A program made the position numbers and the translations under genes. Under the pieces are notes generated by a model. That model ran no database searches. It was not told where the DNA came from and saw only the letters and a list, made by a program, of their open reading frames with translations. A stretch of DNA of 64,000 nt from Flectonema sp. DT1601. Lineage: Eukaryota. Below are positions 45,579 to 58,100 of this stretch, piece by piece. Numbering within the stretch: the first letter of the stretch is position 1; the number at the start of each line of letters is the position of its first letter. The stretch covers positions 186,001 through 250,000 of the forward strand of contig OZ025780.1 of the NCBI GenBank assembly GCA_964019425.1, read 5' to 3'.

Positions 45579-48500
45579 ATGCGTTTAGTGTTGTTTTGGA
45601 TAACTTTATTAAATTTATCAAACGGTTGTACAATTGATTTATCCTCAGGAAGTGGGTCTTATACTTGTCAAAGCGGACAGTCTTGTAACTCGTGTGAGAT
45701 TTCTTGTGGAGCTTCTCAAAACTGTGCGATCACTTGCACAGATGGTTTCTGTGATGACACTATCATTCACTGCGGAGAAACTGGTACTTGCGAGTTAACT
45801 TGTTCTGAAACTAATTCCTGTCAACAAACAACATTGAGACAAACATTAACTGGAGAGACTACAGTGTCTTGTTCACAAGGAGCTTGTCCTACTTCACTTT
45901 TAATTCAACATCGAGTTGGTGGTACTTCGGAAGGATCTCTTTCAGTAAGTTGTTTACAAACCTCGTCATGTCTCGGAGTGACTATTACCTGCCCTGAGTC
46001 ACCAGGAGATTGTAATATCATATGTCAAAGTGTTAGTAGCTGTACTGGTATTTCTGTAACTGGTTCTACAAGTGGAGTGATGAATGTGAGATGTTCTGCA
46101 AGAACATCCTGTGACGGCGCTCAATTAACTTGCCCAGTAGCAGCAGACTGTGACATCAGTTGTACGGCTAAAGACTCTTGTTCAGGATCGACATTCACAT
46201 GTCCAGAAAGAGATGGAACTTGTAATATTATTTGTTCAGCGAAGACTGCGTGTGATGGTACTACTTTATCACATCGTAACACAGGTAGTTCTGGTTCAGT
46301 TAACTTACAATGTTCTGCCAATCAGGCTTGTCAAGGAATGAATTCTAACTTTGAAGGAATTTCTGATGTTATCGTCTCATGCACAAGTTCATCATCATGT
46401 TCTCAGTCAACACTTGACTGTTCTTCTGTTACGAATCGATGTTCAATTACCTGTTTGTCTTCAAAGGCTTGTCAGACGGCTACCATAAACTGTCCCGCAG
46501 CTGTAATTCCTAACAACTGCGTGTTGAGTTGTACTTCGAGTAAGGCGTGTTATCTGACTGCCTACTCAGGTGTTTTCTCTCCAGTTTGGTGTGGTCAGAA
46601 TGCCTGCAGCAGTGCTCTTCTTCTTGAGAGTTATGTTTTGACCACATCAACTAATAGTCCTCCAGCTGTGCCAACTACTGCAGTGCCAACCGCAGTGCCA
46701 ACTGCCGTTCCGACTGTCGTTCCGACTGCCGTGCCAACCGCCGTCCCGACCACCGTTCCTACTGCCGTTCCGACCGCCGTGCCAACTGCTGTGCCGACTG
46801 CCGTGCCAACCGCAGTGCCAACTGCTGTTCCGACCGCAGTGCCAACCGCCGTTCCGACCGCAGTGCCAACCGCCGTTCCGACTGCTGTACCGACTGCCGT
46901 GCCAACCACAGTGCCAACTGCTGTACCAACTGCCGTGCCGACTGCTGTTCCGACCCCAGTACCAACTGCCGTATCAACTGCTGTGCCGACCGTTGTGCCA
47001 ACTGTCGTACCAACTGTCGTACCAACTGCAGTTCCGACTGCTGTCCCGACCGTTGTGCCAACTGCCGTTCCGACCGCCGTTCCGACCGCCGTACCAACTG
47101 CCGTACCAACTGCCGTACCAACTGCCGTACCAACTGTCGTACCAACTGCCGTACCAACTGCCGTACCAACTGTCGTACCAACTGCCGTACCAACTGCCGT
47201 ACCAACTGTCGTACCAACTGCCGTACCAACTGTCGTACCAACTGTCGTACCAACTGTCGTACCAACTGCCGTACCAACTGCCGTACCAACTGCCGTACCA
47301 ACTGCTGTACCAACTGCCGTACCAACTGCCGTACCAACTGTCGTACCAACTGCAGTTCCGACTGCTGTCCCTACCGTTGTGCCAACCGCCATGCCAACTT
47401 CTGTCCCGACCGCCGTGCCGACTGCTGTGCCAACCGTTGTGCCTACTGCTATTCCGACTGCCGTTCCGACCGCGGTTCCAACCGCAGCGCCGACCGCTGT
47501 TCCGACTGCTGTGCCAACAACACTGACCTCCGTACCAACCTCAGTAACGACCACGTTGTTGACTGCAGTGCCAACAGCTTTGCCCTCCGCGATACCCACC
47601 ACACCACCAACTTTGGCGCCCTTTCTTGTGACAATTCCTACGCCGACTGCACCGCCAACCACTCAGCCGCCTTCGTCAGCATCACCAACACTGCCGCCAC
47701 CAACCGCGACACCTGCCGATCAGCAAACTGTGATCCCATCTGCGTCACCTGTTGTCATCACAACTAGTCCTACAGCTAGCCCAGGGGAATCTTTATTTTA
47801 TGAGAGTCAATCACCCATTACTACACCTCCAACTATTTCACAGCAGACTTCATCACCTTCTAACCTTTCCTACTGTTCTGACTACAGTTGTGATATTGGA
47901 AAGGTGAGAGAAGACTCTGTTTGTGATTCTGTATTTGGATGTACAGACCTAGTCTGCTGCTCTGTCAGTTGCAGTGATTCCCCCTGTGATAATAATATTA
48001 ATTGTGTTGATGATGTGAACACAAATAGTTTTAAGTGTAATTGTCTACCTGGTTTTATAGGATTGAAATGCCAACTAACTGACTATTGCTATCCAAAGCC
48101 TTGTTTACATGGAGGTACCTGTGAGATAGATTTATCTCAAGAAGGGTATTTATGTCACTGTATCAAAGGATTCTCTGGAGACGTCTGTCAGACAAATCAA
48201 TTGCCCTGTCGTGTTAACGTTTGTGAGAATAATGGAACTTGTATTGAAGAACTCTCTGAAAATATTACTTCGTGTGTCTGTTTGGAAAGTTTCACGGGAT
48301 CTGTTTGTGAAAGAGTGAATGAGTGTATTCCAAACCCATGTCTGAATGACGGCTATTGCTCTTTAGGAGACTCTTCAGGTTTTTCGTGCGACTGCATAAA
48401 CCAGTTTACTGGTCCTCTTTGTGAAGTTAACAATCCGTGTAATCCCAATCCATGTCGTAATAATGGATCGTGTGAAAATCATGTAAACAGTTTCCTCTGT

Positions 48501-51500
48501 ACATGTAAAGAAGGGTTTAGAGGTAAGACTTGTCAAGATAAACCACCTCCGACTGTAGGAGCATACGGCATTGCAAGATTAAAAAAAAAAGTTTTTGTAC
48601 CGAAATCTGAGATTGAAATCCTTCTTGAAGACTACAACATCTCGTGCGATTCAACAGCGGAAATAATAATATTAGAAGAGAGAACCTTTACTGAAACTCG
48701 TAATGGAGTTTGGTATTTAATAAAAAAACACTCACAGAATACTTCTAAAACAGTATGCGACTCCATTACAGTTATTTGGGCTGAGACAAAACTCATTGTG
48801 AATACTGATGTTCCGGCAACATGTAGTCTGGTCCTCCCAAACTGGGAATTATCAACAGAAGATAGAATCCATTTCATTGTACTCATTGACGGGAAATTAT
48901 GGTTTTCTGGGTTGAATCGAAATATTGTAATCGCTCCGTTGTCTGAAGGGATTCACATCGTGGCGGTCACTGTTGAATTTATATCAGTTGAGGATATGCC
49001 AACAGAACAACATGCAATGCAGATTTGGGGAACTGCATCGGCGATTAATATCCCAGTGTTGAAATCTTTAAGTGATAATTCAGTTTACTCACTTACTCAA
49101 ATGATTACATCAAATACTAATTCATCTCCACTCGGTGATCGAAGTATTGTTATAAAAGAAGCGGCAGTAGTTCTTCGACATGTCGTCTCAGCAGCAGTGA
49201 CTCTGTCCCCATTTAGTATCGATGTTCTCTTAAAGAGTATCGCGTCACTTCTCACAATTATTCCTACAACTGACGACTCATCGTCTTTAGCATTGGCAGT
49301 GTTGCAGTCGTCTAGTGAATTATCATCACGAGCGTTAAATGAAAAAAAAAATCTTCAGTTCGATTCTGAGGAGTTGGCTATGGTTGTTGCTGTTGACACT
49401 TCAGTAGTATCAGTTAGTGGGGCTGTGATGACTGACTATGGATCCGTAGCAGTATTAACATCAGAACTGATTAGGGTTAGTGTCGAAGTTATAAAGTCAG
49501 AAAGATACCCCGACAGTGAACACAGCACTGGAATCGTTATCGTGATTCAAGTTGTTGGAACGTTAGAAACAACTGTTCGGGTGAAAGTACCAGTTCCGCC
49601 AAGGTTTGTTCATCCCACACCTTGTAAGATGATTTGGAAAAGTTTTGATCTCTCAAACCAATACTGGACAACTCCATCGAATCCAGAAGTTAGCCTGAGT
49701 CGAGAAGTCGTTTTGAAATATAATAAAACAACGAAAACTGAAAATAAAAGATGTCTGGCTGTCGGATCAAATAAAAGAACCCTCTCAACTCTTCAAAATG
49801 AAGAAAGCATCGTATCAATTGACGTCTTACTGCAATCATCTGAAGTGAAAACTATTGGAATCTTCACTGACGGGTCTTTATTACCCTTTGAGAATTTGAC
49901 AACTACTTCAGCTGATCCGGACTTTACTGTCGGTGATGAGTCAGACCTTACGAAGACATATTTTATTATAAAATTACTTTGTGTTCTTCTTATCTCTCAA
50001 CTGGGTACGATCATAATACACAAAAGATATATCAAAAGTATTGTTGTGACTCGTGAGGATCGATGTCTTCAAATGGATTCATCGAACTCACCAGGAGCAT
50101 GGGGAGGTGAGATGTGTATTAAAAGAGACATTAGATCACCCTATCTCACTGCTATTAATATGACTCCAAGATCAAGTGTGTTGGAGGGTCAGAGTTCTGT
50201 TTGTCATTCACCGAATTCGAGAACGAGAGTGAGGAGTAGAAACTCACCGAGAGGATTAGCGATGAAGAAAACATCATTAGTGGCTCAGATTAGATCTTTT
50301 GGTTTGGAAGCGAATGATGATTTAGTCCTCCAACGTCAATTAAGTAATACAGACATCACATCACAAACTACATCTGCTACAGATACAATCTGTGGGAGTG
50401 GTTCACCTGATCACCTGTTGGGTTTTGAGAATGAATTCACTCCCTCAATGAATAGATTATCAGTTCCTTGTTCAGTTGGTCGCATATCCTCAATGAGATC
50501 TGGTACTTCTATTGGTAGGATTGCTGTAGACGTTGTCTCTGAGGAAGATGACAACGAACTCTCTCTTTCAGTTACTTCACGAAATGAAATCCAAAGCACA
50601 TCTTTTGGTACTTCACCCATCAATGATGCCACACATTTTCTAAATAGCACTGAGACACCATCGAGTGGTTCTGCTGTAAACATTGCACTCGTAGTATTGA
50701 ACTCAAGATCACGGTCAGGTTCACTTCCTGAAATGTTGTTAGGAAATCACATGTTTCTGTCATTGTTTGCACCTTCGTCAGAGTTATCTTTATTGAAGTA
50801 TAACAGACCAAGAAGGATGGCTGTCTTCACTGTTTTTATTAATTATTCGATTCTTTGTCAAATATTAATCATTCAGTTGAGGGGGAGTTCAACGTCATTT
50901 GAATTCTCAATCTTCACCAGTGTTGGAAGCTGTCTTATTGGAGTTACAGTTGCTTTGTTTTGTCAATTAGCATTTCAATGTAAAGTGAGTGATGTTAGTC
51001 GTGATTCAATCTTTTGTAGTGAAGTTTCGATGGGTTCACACTCTCCTGTAGTGTCTGCTGTTCCTGTTCAGCAATTTGATTTAAATATGAAGATCGGTTT
51101 TGCAACTATTCACATTGTGTCATACTCAGGTTTCTACCATCACGATGGAAATATATCCGACTCTCATTTTATTATATCATCCTCAATAAATGGAAATATT
51201 TGGAAAAGTTCAGATATCAAAAAGGATTTGAGTAGTTTAATTGGTCGTTGGGAATCTCTTTGTGTTCCAATCCACATTAACAACGACGGTAATTGCGATA
51301 CTCTAATTAAGTTACAAGTCAGAGATAAGTTTGATATAACTACCAACGAGATTGATTTAAATATCAATTCACTGACTTCTAAATATGGAACGACTACCGC
51401 CGTCGGAGGTCACTTTAGTATCCACCAGTGGTTTCATCTGAAGAAGTGTAGTTCTGGTCACAACTCTGGATCCATTCCTTCTGTTCTGTTAGCTGTTGAT

Positions 51501-52454
51501 TTTAATTATCATATTAACGATGTTGCTGTTGGAAATACCACCATGTTCAATTCCCTCAGAATGCATTTTTCTGATCGATCCCATCCAGATGATGGGCAAT
51601 ACGAAAAGACTAGTTCTCGTTTGCAACGGAAAGTAGTGATCCCGCCAATGGCTGTTTGTGTTTGGCTTATTTGTATTTTGATTGGATTTGGATTGTCGTT
51701 GACTGTATCGTTGTACTCGAAGTCTGGGGGTCTGCTGATGATGTTTTTAATCGTTTTGCCGACTCTTATTCTCGTTTTTAGTCGATTTCTTAAAATTTTA
51801 CTTCCGTTGTTTGTTTGTGGATTACCTGCTGGAGTGCTTGCTATTATTTTATTGTGTTGGTATGAAGTTAGTATCAGCTGGGGATGTGCCCAGACTGTCA
51901 TATCGTTGGCTGTTGGCGTTCTGTTGTGGACGTTGTCCTCACGAGAGAAACAGTTTATCCGAAAACTACCAACTTTAATGATTTATGTCCTAATTTGGAG
52001 TGCGCAACTCGCACTGGTACTGCAGTGTTACGATTCAATGAAACGAAATAATAGGGTGTCATCAGTTGACAAGTTCGATACCCTGTGGGTTCCCTTATTG
52101 ATGTTAATTCTCGGGAAGGTTTTGGTTTTAAGATATTGGATGTCAGTACAATCGAAGAGGCTTCCCTTAGTACTGCCATCTGTTGTTTGTAAGATTGCGT
52201 GGTTTGTTTGTGTTGCTGGGTTCCTTTTTGTTGCTGCAGCGGCTTCACTCCTTCCACGATGGTCATTATCGCAGTGTGAGTTATTTCAAAGTAGTTTTTG
52301 TATTGTAATAATGGGATTCTTAATAATCGTTGAAACAATCAAACAAATAATTTTCTACTCAACATCACCTTCAGGTCATCGCAGCACCACCACAACTGTT
52401 GTTGGTGTCATTTCAGAGATAGTTGGGTTGGCGGATTTATTCCTCCGTTTTTAA
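45579..52454 (+). CDS. 2291-aa multi-pass surface receptor-like protein: Cys-rich repeats, PTAV mucin stalk, ~6 EGF-like domains, polycystin-1-like membrane region
   Basis: Signal peptide; C-x3-C repeats; CxPxPCxNxGxC..CxCxxGFxGxxC; NHMFLSLF..YNRPRR before the TM helices; multiple C-terminal hydrophobic segments. Confidence 0.9.
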   Translation: MRLVLFWITLLNLSNGCTIDLSSGSGSYTCQSGQSCNSCEISCGASQNCAITCTDGFCDDTIIHCGETGTCELTCSETNSCQQTTLRQTLTGETTVSCSQGACPTSLLIQHRVGGTSEGSLSVSCLQTSSCLGVTITCPESPGDCNIICQSVSSCTGISVTGSTSGVMNVRCSARTSCDGAQLTCPVAADCDISCTAKDSCSGSTFTCPERDGTCNIICSAKTACDGTTLSHRNTGSSGSVNLQCSANQACQGMNSNFEGISDVIVSCTSSSSCSQSTLDCSSVTNRCSITCLSSKACQTATINCPAAVIPNNCVLSCTSSKACYLTAYSGVFSPVWCGQNACSSALLLESYVLTTSTNSPPAVPTTAVPTAVPTAVPTVVPTAVPTAVPTTVPTAVPTAVPTAVPTAVPTAVPTAVPTAVPTAVPTAVPTAVPTAVPTAVPTTVPTAVPTAVPTAVPTPVPTAVSTAVPTVVPTVVPTVVPTAVPTAVPTVVPTAVPTAVPTAVPTAVPTAVPTAVPTVVPTAVPTAVPTVVPTAVPTAVPTVVPTAVPTVVPTVVPTVVPTAVPTAVPTAVPTAVPTAVPTAVPTVVPTAVPTAVPTVVPTAMPTSVPTAVPTAVPTVVPTAIPTAVPTAVPTAAPTAVPTAVPTTLTSVPTSVTTTLLTAVPTALPSAIPTTPPTLAPFLVTIPTPTAPPTTQPPSSASPTLPPPTATPADQQTVIPSASPVVITTSPTASPGESLFYESQSPITTPPTISQQTSSPSNLSYCSDYSCDIGKVREDSVCDSVFGCTDLVCCSVSCSDSPCDNNINCVDDVNTNSFKCNCLPGFIGLKCQLTDYCYPKPCLHGGTCEIDLSQEGYLCHCIKGFSGDVCQTNQLPCRVNVCENNGTCIEELSENITSCVCLESFTGSVCERVNECIPNPCLNDGYCSLGDSSGFSCDCINQFTGPLCEVNNPCNPNPCRNNGSCENHVNSFLCTCKEGFRGKTCQDKPPPTVGAYGIARLKKKVFVPKSEIEILLEDYNISCDSTAEIIILEERTFTETRNGVWYLIKKHSQNTSKTVCDSITVIWAETKLIVNTDVPATCSLVLPNWELSTEDRIHFIVLIDGKLWFSGLNRNIVIAPLSEGIHIVAVTVEFISVEDMPTEQHAMQIWGTASAINIPVLKSLSDNSVYSLTQMITSNTNSSPLGDRSIVIKEAAVVLRHVVSAAVTLSPFSIDVLLKSIASLLTIIPTTDDSSSLALAVLQSSSELSSRALNEKKNLQFDSEELAMVVAVDTSVVSVSGAVMTDYGSVAVLTSELIRVSVEVIKSERYPDSEHSTGIVIVIQVVGTLETTVRVKVPVPPRFVHPTPCKMIWKSFDLSNQYWTTPSNPEVSLSREVVLKYNKTTKTENKRCLAVGSNKRTLSTLQNEESIVSIDVLLQSSEVKTIGIFTDGSLLPFENLTTTSADPDFTVGDESDLTKTYFIIKLLCVLLISQLGTIIIHKRYIKSIVVTREDRCLQMDSSNSPGAWGGEMCIKRDIRSPYLTAINMTPRSSVLEGQSSVCHSPNSRTRVRSRNSPRGLAMKKTSLVAQIRSFGLEANDDLVLQRQLSNTDITSQTTSATDTICGSGSPDHLLGFENEFTPSMNRLSVPCSVGRISSMRSGTSIGRIAVDVVSEEDDNELSLSVTSRNEIQSTSFGTSPINDATHFLNSTETPSSGSAVNIALVVLNSRSRSGSLPEMLLGNHMFLSLFAPSSELSLLKYNRPRRMAVFTVFINYSILCQILIIQLRGSSTSFEFSIFTSVGSCLIGVTVALFCQLAFQCKVSDVSRDSIFCSEVSMGSHSPVVSAVPVQQFDLNMKIGFATIHIVSYSGFYHHDGNISDSHFIISSSINGNIWKSSDIKKDLSSLIGRWESLCVPIHINNDGNCDTLIKLQVRDKFDITTNEIDLNINSLTSKYGTTTAVGGHFSIHQWFHLKKCSSGHNSGSIPSVLLAVDFNYHINDVAVGNTTMFNSLRMHFSDRSHPDDGQYEKTSSRLQRKVVIPPMAVCVWLICILIGFGLSLTVSLYSKSGGLLMMFLIVLPTLILVFSRFLKILLPLFVCGLPAGVLAIILLCWYEVSISWGCAQTVISLAVGVLLWTLSSREKQFIRKLPTLMIYVLIWSAQLALVLQCYDSMKRNNRVSSVDKFDTLWVPLLMLILGKVLVLRYWMSVQSKRLPLVLPSVVCKIAWFVCVAGFLFVAAAASLLPRWSLSQCELFQSSFCIVIMGFLIIVETIKQIIFYSTSPSGHRSTTTTVVGVISEIVGLADLFLRF
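46665..47520 (+). repeat. Coding 12-bp tandem repeat (PTAV/PTVV)
   Basis: CCAACTGYCGTA-type units. Confidence 0.95.
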
Positions 52455-52686
52455 TTTTAGATTATTCTCTTTTTGTTATTTATATTGGGGTTCGATACAG
52501 TTTCTTTTTTCCAATCCTGTTTTGAACGCTTTAAGATCACTGCAGTCTTGAAAAATACGATCCTTTTTTTTTCAGTTACACTATTATTTTTGTTTGGTTT
52601 TCCCTTTTTTTCTTTTTTTTTTTTAAAACTTCTGAATTGTAACTAAATTTTACGTTTTTGGTTTAGTACATTTTTTTTTCCCCCCC

Positions 52687-54792
52687 CAGTTTTCGTATCA
52701 TCAAATACCAGTATATACGGCTATTGACAAAGAGCCGCCCCCCTTCCTGGTGTTCGTCTTTTTCTATGGTTAATTTTCAAGACAATATAATGTATTAATT
52801 AAGTACTCATGAGTTTTATAAAAAGCTGTTACGGTAACATAGGCAAGTGGCGCTCAACTATGTTCACGTGGCCTCCAGTGGTATTATTTATATATTTGCA
52901 GTCATTTACTACGCTGCCGCTGACAGTCAAGATTGTCGGAGAAATTGTTGTTCCTTTTGAGCTTGAAAATGCAGTATCAAATTACCCCTCTTTGCACTGT
53001 ACCCCGGTATCTCTGTACTGGCGTGGAGCAGTGTATACCATATTGTGCCTATGTACAACTGACCACTCATCCAGTGTTGCTTTCCTAATTATTTATGCAA
53101 CCCACGTTTAAAGTTACACACTTTGCCTAGGTCTGGGCAGGAACGGGAGACTGTGCGTGCTATCCACCGTTGAAGTGGACAAGTTTAATGCACTTCCCAA
53201 GGGACAAAATTAGCAAAAAAACGGCGGCTAGTCCGCGTGGTGTCCCCCTCTCCCTGTGTGAATTATGAGGATGTTTTGCTCGCCCCTTTTTTAATTTTGG
53301 AGCGGCATGATCGAAGACAATCTTTCTTTTCCCTCTTTTATTTCCAATCCCGTCGCCCCCGGGAAGTTTAATTGTAGTGACTAGCCATGAAGGGCATTTT
53401 GATTTACATTTGTGACAGCTAGGGGGAGTGGAGTGTAGCGAGGGAATGGCACTTTGCCACTTACCGGCTGTTGACCGTATATGCGGGTTATCACGTTTCC
53501 TTTTTGTTTTAGGTTTTTTGTTAGTAGTGAGATGTGCTACGTTTATTTATTTCACAACGTGTTTCGCCATCTTGAACTACTTTTAATACAGTTTTCGTAT
53601 CATCAAATACCAGTATATACGGCTATTGACAAAGAGCCGCCCCCCTTCCTGGTGTTCGTCTTTTTCTATGGTTAATTTTCAAGACAATATAATGTATTAA
53701 TTAAGTACTCATGAGTTTTATAAAAAGCTGTTACGGTAACATAGGCAAGTGGCGCTCAACTATGTTCACGTGGCCTCCAGTGGTATTATTTATATATTTG
53801 CAGTCATTTACTACGCTGCCGCTGACAGTCAAGATTGTCGGAGAAATTGTTGTTCCTTTTGAGCTTGAAAATGCAGTATCAAATTACCCCTCTTTGCACT
53901 GTACCCCGGTATCTCTGTACTGGCGTGGAGCAGTGTATACCATATTGTGCCTATGTACAACTGACCACTCATCCAGTGTTGCTTTCCTAATTATTTATGC
54001 AACCCACGTTTAAAGTTACACACTTTGCCTAGGTCTGGGCAGGAACGGGAGACTGTGCGTGCTATCCACCGTTGAAGTGGACAAGTTTAATGCACTTCCC
54101 AAGGGACAAAATTAGCAAAAAAACGGCGGCTAGTCCGCGTGGTGTCCCCCTCTCCCTGTGTGAATTATGAGGATGTTTTGCTCGCCCCTTTTTTAATTTT
54201 GGAGCGGCATGATCGAAGACAATCTTTCTTTTCCCTCTTTTATTTCCAATCCCGTCGCCCCCGGGAAGTTTAATTGTAGTGACTAGCCATGAAGGGCATT
54301 TTGATTTACATTTGTGACAGCTAGGGGGAGTGGAGTGTAGCGAGGGAATGGCACTTTGCCACTTACCGGCTGTTGACCGTATATGCGGGTTATCACGTTT
54401 CCTTTTTGTTTTAGGTTTTTTGTTAGTAGTGAGATGTGCTACGTTTATTTATTTCACAACGTGTTTCGCCATCTTGAACTACTTTTAATACAGTTTTCGT
54501 ATCATCAAATACCAGTATATACGGCTATTGACAAAGAGCCGCCCCCCTTCCTGGTGTTCGTCTTTTTCTATGGTTAATTTTCAAGACAATATAATGTATT
54601 AATTAAGTACTCATGAGTTTTATAAAAAGCTGTTACGGTAACATAGGCAAGTGGCGCTCAACTATGTTCACGTGGCCTCCAGTGGTATTATTTATATATT
54701 TGCAGTCATTTACTACGCTGCCGCTGACAGTCAAGATTGTCGGAGAAATTGTTGTTCCTTTTGAGCTTGAAAATGCAGTATCAAATTACCCC
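52687..54792. repeat. 902-bp tandem repeat, 2.33 units (A-B-A-B-A, A ~300 bp)
   Basis: CAGTTTTCGTATCATC at 52687, 53589 and 54491. The units appear identical. Confidence 0.96.
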
Positions 54793-55150
54793 CCCCTGTC
54801 GTATTTAATATTTCCATATAATTTGCGTAACCTCAAAAAAAAAAAAAAAAAAAACCAAAAATACGGTAACCAGTAACCAGTATGGTATGTTTCCACTCAT
54901 TGCTATTGCTGTTATGTTTACTGAATTTTTTTACTTCACATACCTCCGGGTGAGAATATCATAAGACTATAAGAAGCTGTAAACAATAACAATTACTTAC
55001 CCACCAGCATCATGTTGCAGCATGTCGGAGTCAGTGAACACTTAGTCAGTGATATTTGTTTGTTATTTTTATATTATATTTATGATTTCATAGAACAGAT
55101 GGTTGAAACCAGAGAAAAGGAGAGATAAAAAATAAAATAATAAAAACAAC

Positions 55151-58100
55151 ATGCTGACGGCACTAATAACTGCAGTGTTGGGAGCAATGTTTTCTTTTGA
55201 AGGAGTTGGTCATCCGGGAGGAGGTTTCATCGACGCTGACGATCATCTTTGGTGTAACACAATTGGAGGGATGACAATACGATCACCTGGTGTGAATGCT
55301 TTCGGAGTTAGACTCCGAAATAATACAAAAATTGAATGTCAAGGTCGAGAGGTCATCAACGGTGACGACGACATTATTATCGACGTTTGGATTCTAAACT
55401 ACGACTTTACAACTACTCAAGTTGATCAATCTGTGATATCATTCTCGATTTCGGAATCTACACAAACATATCAACTTGGTATACGAGACAATCTTATTTA
55501 TATCAGATCGCTATCAAACATCGAGTGTACTCTACCAACGTCAACTCAACCGTTAGTATGGCAACAGATACGAGCAACCATATCCTCAACTGGTGTGTTC
55601 CTGCAACTTGGACCAGATGCTGCAATCACATGTTCAATAAGACTGCAGCCTCAGCAGCAATATTCAATTACTGATGTGGTCATGTTAAATGGAGGAGTTG
55701 GTACGATTGCGATTAGTAATTTGATGATAACAGGGAAGACAGCGATGGTTAAAAAACGATTATCACGGACACTTGATATTGAAAATGGTCATACTGGAAG
55801 TGAAGTAGTAGCACATTGGGACTTTACATCGCCGTCATCAACTGTGTTTGACATGACTGGTAGAGGACATCACCTGGTTGGTGACCAACGTCTTTCATAT
55901 GTCGATTTGATTACTCAAAGTCCATCAGCTTTAGTATCTTCCAATTCGTCAACGTGGGCATCTGTGAACCCTCTCTCTCAATACTTCCCCGCAACCAAAA
56001 CAACTCAACGAGGACCATCCTTTTCAGTGTTGTTATGGTATCGACAGTTGGTTGAACTGAATGGAATTTCAAAATTAATTTCATTTTCTCGATCTAAAAA
56101 TGAATCTGTTGAATCTGAACCTTTCATGCTCTTCGTTGAATATAAAAGTTCTTCATTTCCCAAAGTAGTAGTACAGCTCTCTGAATACAAATGTGAATCC
56201 CCTTCTCAGGCCATAACAAGTAACATTGGTTGGTGGCATTTTGGTATCAGTCTCTCTCCTCGTGGTGTTTGTATTTACGTCAATTCTGTTCTTGTGAAGA
56301 AATGTACTATTGGAGAAGATAGTTCGGCAGTATCAGAATTAAATAATATTAGGTTTGGTGATATATATCCTCAATTGGGAACTTCTAACGGGAAATATTC
56401 GGATGAGAGGTTCGACTATTTAGTCAAAGACGTCCGACTGTTTTCTGGAATTATATCCTCGTCTGTTGTCGTGAGATATTATCAAATGGGTGTCATTAAA
56501 AAACAAATCAACCTGAAATCGAATGAAAAAATTTTCATAAACTACAACAATTTCAACCTTTATTCAAAACGACAAAAGGCTACCTGCGTCGATCACTCCA
56601 ATAATTTGATTAACGCAGCCCCTCTGAGTGGAGGTGTTGACGTATTCGGCTCTCGTATAGTTGCCGATCAGATCCTTCACGTGCCTGTTGTAATATTCGA
56701 TGGTTCAATTAATAGCGTGATGGTAACGACAGCTTTAACAACAGAGATCTCAAGAGAATTGTTAATGGGTTCTGTTCAGATTGAAATCGGATTCTTTTCT
56801 CAAAATTATTATCAGTCAAAATCAATTTCATTATTAGGATATCAGAAAAGTGATCGTTTTGGATGGAATCTCCTGGTCTCTGTTGGACCTCGAAATGAAT
56901 ATATTTCCGTTCATACGAACGGTGGTGGTTGTACTGCAAACATAACATCCGTTAGTAAGTGGAACAACTTGTTAGTAGTCGTTTCTCGTACTCGTCGTCA
57001 GGAAGTTAAATTAAGAAACCCGAAGACCTACATCAACGAACAAATAACAATCAAATCCACAGACGGAACTAGTCAGTGTTCATCCGTTGTCGATGAGGAT
57101 GTTATTGAAAGTGAGTTATTGTATTTTAAACAATTTCCGTCTGACAACAGACTCACTGTGGGTGGTTCACTTCAATCGAATTGCAGTGGTATTGCTGGTG
57201 TTCCCTGCAGTGATTTACTGCCATTCTTTGGAAGAGTATCGTATGTAAAAATTTCTACACCGGGAATCGAACTTGTCGAATCATTGAAACCGACGGAGAC
57301 AAGAGAACTGATACCAGTGTGGGTTACGACACTACCGTCTTCAAGCTCAGTAATACTTGATGAGTCTTTTTATAAGAATCGACCAGCGAGGGTGTCATCG
57401 AAGGCAAAAGTGATGTTCTCACCATCAAAAAAAGAGCATTCGTATTCTGTTGAGTTTAATGGTCGTGACGACAGTTTGATTTCACTGGGTCCTGCGATAT
57501 TATTACAAAGGTTATTCTCAAAGCAAGAACTGTCTATTTCAATGTGGGTTAAATCAGCCATACCCACAGACGGAAATACCGGTAATAAATATTTATTTTA
57601 CTCACAAGGAGTGCAATTGTACAGCAGTCATGAGGCTCCTGCTGCGTTGACATTTTCAATTTCTTCAGACCAGAATTATTTCAATACAAGTTGTACTGCT
57701 AGCTTACCAGAAATATCAATACCACTCTCGTGGGTTCACTTAACAGCCGTGTTCAATCCTTGGGAGGCGTCTATGACTTTATATTGTAGTGGTTCACTGA
57801 GAAAGAAATGTCACTATTCCCCTTCGAGTGATGACGTTTTTGGGATAGTAGATTTCAACAATGATTATGATGTCACTATTGGTAAAGGTTTCACAGGATC
57901 AGTTGGACCTTTTTCTCTGTACAATTCAGCGATTAGACCCTCTGACGCTCGTTTGTTGTATCAAAAAATGTTACCAACCAGCTACACTAGGGAAGCTTGG
58001 ATGGGTGGGTTCCAGTTGTCGAATAATCCACTGCAGCTTTGGTATAATTTCGAAACAAACGAAAATAATATTCAGTTCGATTCTGGGCAAATGATCATTC

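Noticed and set aside
46631..47662. Antisense and alternate-frame ORFs (VGTA, LVRQ, YQLP repeats)
   Set aside because: They are shadows of the 12-bp PTAV repeat.
53570..53615. Minimal hammerhead ribozyme on the minus strand (TTGATGA-TAC-GAAA)
   Set aside because: C3 is missing and stem I does not pair.
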